Below, piece by piece: positions 60,607 to 64,000 of a stretch of DNA of 64,000 nucleotides. Location of the stretch: assembly GCA_963702095.1 (NCBI GenBank), contig OY969706.1:2080001-2144000 (forward strand), given 5' to 3'. Position numbers and translations under genes: made by a program. Under the pieces are notes generated by a model that worked only from the letters and a program-made list of their open reading frames with translations, was not told the DNA's origin and made no database searches. This DNA comes from Candidatus Bathyarchaeota archaeon (GTDB lineage: Archaea > Thermoproteota > Bathyarchaeia > Bathyarchaeales > Bathycorpusculaceae). Each line of letters begins with the position of its first letter. The first letter of the stretch is position 1.

Positions 60607-61890
60607 ATGGTTGATGTTTGGCTTCCCTACGGAAAAACAGACGTATGCGTCCGAATCCCGGCTCGAAACCTGCTTGGCACCATAGAGCCTAAAGAGAGGG
60701 CAGGCGTAACCGACCCAAAAGCCGAAGTAGATCGCGCACTAAAAGAACCCATCGGCACTAAACGTCTATCAGAAATCGCCAAACCCGAATCCAGAGTCAC
60801 CATCGTAGTCGACGACGCCACCCGCAACACCCCAAGCGAACATGTGCTACTGCCAGTGCTGGCTGAACTCAACAGCGTGGGCGTCAAAGACGAAAACATC
60901 ACAGTGATTTTTGGCTGCGGAACACACCGCGGAGTCACTCCCCAAGAAGCCCCCAAACTTATAGGGGAAGAAGCCTCAAAAAGGGTCAAAGCCATCAACC
61001 ATGATGCCGCAGCCGCTGACTTAGTCTACATCGGCACCACCAAAACATACAGCAACAAAGTGTTTGTGAACAAGGTGTTTGCCGACGCAGACGTTAGAGT
61101 GCTCTTAGGCGACGTGCAAATCCATTATTATTCGGGGTACGGGGGGGGCAGAAAAAGCGTGTTGCCAGCGGTGTCTGGTGCGGAGACCATCCGGCATAAC
61201 CACGCTTTGCTTGTTAACCCCAACGCCACTGCCGGCAACCTCGAAAATAACCCTGTACACATAGACATGACTGAAGCTGCTCGGTTAGCTAAAGTGGATT
61301 TCATCGTAAACGTGGTTGAGAATAAGAAGGGAGAGATCGTTAAGGCGTTTGCAGGCGATTTAGAGGCGGCATTCCTTGAAGCCGTGAAGCTGGTTGATGA
61401 ACTCTACAAGGTCAATGTTGACCGCCGCAGTGACATCATCGTGGTAAGCGCTGGCGGAAGCCCCTGGGACCTCACCCTTTACCAGGCGCTCAAAGGCATG
61501 GATGCTTCTTTGGACGCTGTTAAACGGGGAGGAGTTATCATTCTTGTCGCTGAATGCATCGAAGGCTACGGTAACCAAGTGTTCTATGAATGGATGACTC
61601 GACTGGGAGAAATTAAGGGGATGGAGCGTGAGGTTAAACGGAACTTTGCCATAGGCGGACAGCGAGCTTACTACCTGCTTAAGGCACTGCTAAACCACCA
61701 AATCATCCTCGTCTCTTCGATGCCTGATTTCTACGCTACCAGCATATTCAAGCTCAAAACTGCACGGGCAGTCAACGACGCCTTGAACGATGCATTGAAG
61801 GTGGCGGGTTCAGCGTCGCGTGTTTGGGCGATGCCGCAGGGCAGCAACACTTTGCCAGTTTACAAGTCACCTGAAGAAATTAAACAGTAA
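60607..61890 (+). CDS. larA: LarA-family nickel-pincer racemase/epimerase
   Basis: DD.TR, GTHR, NHD, HY.SGY.GGRKS.LP, NH, YQA.K. Confidence 0.9.
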   Translation: MVDVWLPYGKTDVCVRIPARNLLGTIEPKERAGVTDPKAEVDRALKEPIGTKRLSEIAKPESRVTIVVDDATRNTPSEHVLLPVLAELNSVGVKDENITVIFGCGTHRGVTPQEAPKLIGEEASKRVKAINHDAAAADLVYIGTTKTYSNKVFVNKVFADADVRVLLGDVQIHYYSGYGGGRKSVLPAVSGAETIRHNHALLVNPNATAGNLENNPVHIDMTEAARLAKVDFIVNVVENKKGEIVKAFAGDLEAAFLEAVKLVDELYKVNVDRRSDIIVVSAGGSPWDLTLYQALKGMDASLDAVKRGGVIILVAECIEGYGNQVFYEWMTRLGEIKGMEREVKRNFAIGGQRAYYLLKALLNHQIILVSSMPDFYATSIFKLKTARAVNDALNDALKVAGSASRVWAMPQGSNTLPVYKSPEEIKQ

Positions 61891-61990
61891 AAAGTCAGTT
61901 TCCAGGTGAGACTAGACGGGCGCTGGGTTGACGTGGAAAGCGCAACCTTTAAAATCTGGACAAATAAATCCTGTTAGGCAAGGCGAAAAG

Positions 61991-62470
61991 ATGGAACCAA
62001 CCTTTACGCTCCGGAAGTTTGCTCCGGACGACTTACAAATGGTCATGCAAATTAATCGAGTGTGCCTACCTGAAAACTATACTGACTTCTTTTTTGTGGA
62101 TTTGCATCAACGGTTTCCCGAAACCTTTATTGTGGCAGAGCAAGAAGGCAAAGTCATCGGCTACATCATGTGCCGCATAGAAGTGGGCTTGTCAAACTAT
62201 GGTTTCGGCGGGTTAGTCCGCAAGGGACATGTTGTCTCCATTGCGGTTTTGCCTCAGTACCGGCGCAAAGGCGTCGCCCAAGCCATAATCAACCGTGCGC
62301 TCAAAGGCATGGAGTACTATAAGGCTAAACAGGGGTTTCTTGAAGTCCGCGTAACTAACGAAGCTGGAATTTCACTCTACAAGAAACTGGGCTTTGAAAT
62401 AACCCGGACAATCAGCGGGTACTATAGTGACGGCGAAGACGCCTACGTTATGACCAAAAAACTCGCCTGA
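61991..62470 (+). CDS. N-terminal acetyltransferase (Ard1/RimI-like)
   Basis: LPENY, GYIMCRIE, GHVVSIAV, LEVRV.N, YY.DGEDAY.M. Confidence 0.93.
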   Translation: MEPTFTLRKFAPDDLQMVMQINRVCLPENYTDFFFVDLHQRFPETFIVAEQEGKVIGYIMCRIEVGLSNYGFGGLVRKGHVVSIAVLPQYRRKGVAQAIINRALKGMEYYKAKQGFLEVRVTNEAGISLYKKLGFEITRTISGYYSDGEDAYVMTKKLA

Positions 62471-62494
62471 CCATAGTTTTGCGGTAAATTACAT

Positions 62495-62628
62495 TTCTTT
62501 TTTCTTTAGTTGTTGTTGGGGGAAACTCCCTATGCTCAACAACAACCAGGGGCATTTGTGGGCGATTGTTTTTTGGTGTCTGCGTCTGCTTTGGGTTGCA
62601 GGTTGGTTGTGGCGGATTCCACAAGCAG
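62495..62628 (-). repeat. Repeat family B, copy 6 (GTT/AAC-stem subtype)
   Basis: Reverse complement ctgcttgtggaat.cgccacaaccaacctgcaaccc...gttgttgttgagcataggg..ccc.caacaacaactaaagaaaaaag. Confidence 0.7.
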
Positions 62629-62741
62629 ACGCCCCTAAATCATGCCAAAACGGCAGTTTTCTGTTGCTTCTTCAAGCCAGCCACATATGCTTAAACTCTA
62701 CTTGACACTTCTGTTTGCCGCCAAGTGGAGGTGAACGTGTT

Positions 62742-62915
62742 TTGAGCAACAGAAAAAAAGATTTACCCATAAACGAAGCGGTTTCCGAAGACGTTGAGGT
62801 GGAACCCAAAGACCACACGGTCACCGTGCCCACAAAGGAAGGCATCAAGCATAAACCCGACACTCAAGAGGACCTCTACCATCGCAGGGAACGCCGCAGC
62901 AAACAGCATCTCTAA
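62742..62915 (+). CDS. Small hydrophilic hypothetical protein (57 aa)
   Basis: Strong SD GGAGGTGA upstream of the TTG at 62742, with a TATA-like cttaaa further upstream. Confidence 0.55.
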   Translation: MSNRKKDLPINEAVSEDVEVEPKDHTVTVPTKEGIKHKPDTQEDLYHRRERRSKQHL

Positions 62916-63565
62916 GCCGCTTTCACGTGCAGGTTGGGTTTTGGCTGCGCAACCATGTGCCTTAGTGTTAGGGGAATAGCCAAATCCAAAGTGGCAATCA
63001 CGGCTATGAGTTCAAAACGCACACTTGAGGCAAGAGCAGCAGTGTCGACGAACACTTGGAAGTTCTGGGCGCCCGCCAACAGATTCATCGAACCCATCCC
63101 CAACGTGATCAGGGTCAGGGGAATGGCGGCGTAGAAGGATATTTTTTCTTTCATCTTATAGAGCAGAACATACGCGAATAGGAGTACAGGGGCATAGAAC
63201 GCAAACGCGCCAAGGATACCCAGAGGCCACCCCAAAGGGTTGAGTTCGATGGCTAAGCCTGTGACGTTTATGGCGTAGAAAGTTGTTATCATGTCATAGC
63301 TCCAAAACGCTAAGGCGACACCTTGAAAGGCAAAAAGCAGGTTGCGCCACTTATGGCTGTCTTGTGTTGCCGACGGGGGAGTTTTGAGTTTCAGGATGGC
63401 TATGCTTGCGGCGGGGATAAGCAGTATAAGCAGGTAGGTTAAGCCTAGCCAAGCGTCTCCCCCACGTATCAGCGCCGCCACGCTCAATATCCATATTAGC
63501 CCGGTGGCGACGAGAAAGCCCTGGGCTAAGCTTTTCAGTGAACCCACTATATTTTTTCTCCCCAC
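62912..63565 (-). CDS. Hypothetical multi-TM membrane protein
   Basis: About six TMs, D..TT.YA...E.NP motif. Confidence 0.8.
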   Translation of the reverse strand: MGRKNIVGSLKSLAQGFLVATGLIWILSVAALIRGGDAWLGLTYLLILLIPAASIAILKLKTPPSATQDSHKWRNLLFAFQGVALAFWSYDMITTFYAINVTGLAIELNPLGWPLGILGAFAFYAPVLLFAYVLLYKMKEKISFYAAIPLTLITLGMGSMNLLAGAQNFQVFVDTAALASSVRFELIAVIATLDLAIPLTLRHMVAQPKPNLHVKAA

Positions 63566-63688
63566 TTATTTGCCAATGGAAGCTAAGCTAATTAACTTTT
63601 ATTCCCCAGACCCACGCCTAAGCTTCTGTTCTACAGCGGAACAATTATAAGCGAACCCCCAGAACCCATAACTGACAGGCGAAGCAGC

Positions 63689-64000
63689 ATGATAAAAAAC
63701 GCTGTGTTGAAACATAGAAAACGTATAGCCCTCGTTGCGCATGACAACAAAAAAGAGGATATGATGCAGTGGGCAAAATACAATTTAGGCACATTGCAGA
63801 AGCATGACCTCTACGCCACGGGAACTACGGGGAGGCTGCTGCAGACAGAGTTGGGGTTGGAAATCCACAATTTGGAGTCCGGACCCTTAGGCGGCGACAT
63901 GCAGGTTGGCGCACGCATTGCAGACGGCGACATTGACTTTCTGATTTTCTTCTGGGATCCCCTTTCGCCTTTGCCCCATGACCCCGACGTGAAAGCGCTG
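63689..64000 (+). CDS. mgsA: Methylglyoxal synthase (partial, runs off window end)
   Basis: Manual translation: [32 protein letters not shown]...PHDPDVKAL. Confidence 0.95.
   Translation, partial: MIKNAVLKHRKRIALVAHDNKKEDMMQWAKYNLGTLQKHDLYATGTTGRLLQTELGLEIHNLESGPLGGDMQVGARIADGDIDFLIFFWDPLSPLPHDPDVKAL

Overview
Archaeal chromosomal window, inferred to be Bathyarchaeia-like (TACK): TBP, TFB, a Cren7-like protein, class III signal-peptide pilins, PEF-CTERM proteins, an unlinked 5S rRNA and two tRNAs. The first 18.5 kb is a transition-metal island. Its cobalt arm has cobN, a BtuCDF-type ABC transporter, a ChlI/D fusion, cbiMNQO with an unannotated 45-aa membrane peptide, and a divergent COG1497-type regulator. 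Its nickel arm has nikMNQO plus a FecCD-type ABC system with a dockerin-bearing binding protein and a methyltransferase. Four GTATTAC-N14-GT(A/G)(A/T)(C/T)AC operator-like palindromes mark the nickel arm; the only perfect one is orphan and abuts a highly structured ~170-nt non-coding element. The rest is mostly housekeeping genes. It also holds two dispersed structured intergenic repeat families (one forming inverted pairs), nested att-like tRNA-Arg fragments around vapBC and tfb, and a cdrS-like gene followed by an apparent GTPase-less FtsZ stub. About a dozen genes are split by small indels, most likely long-read assembly errors. All family assignments come from motif recognition, not database searches.
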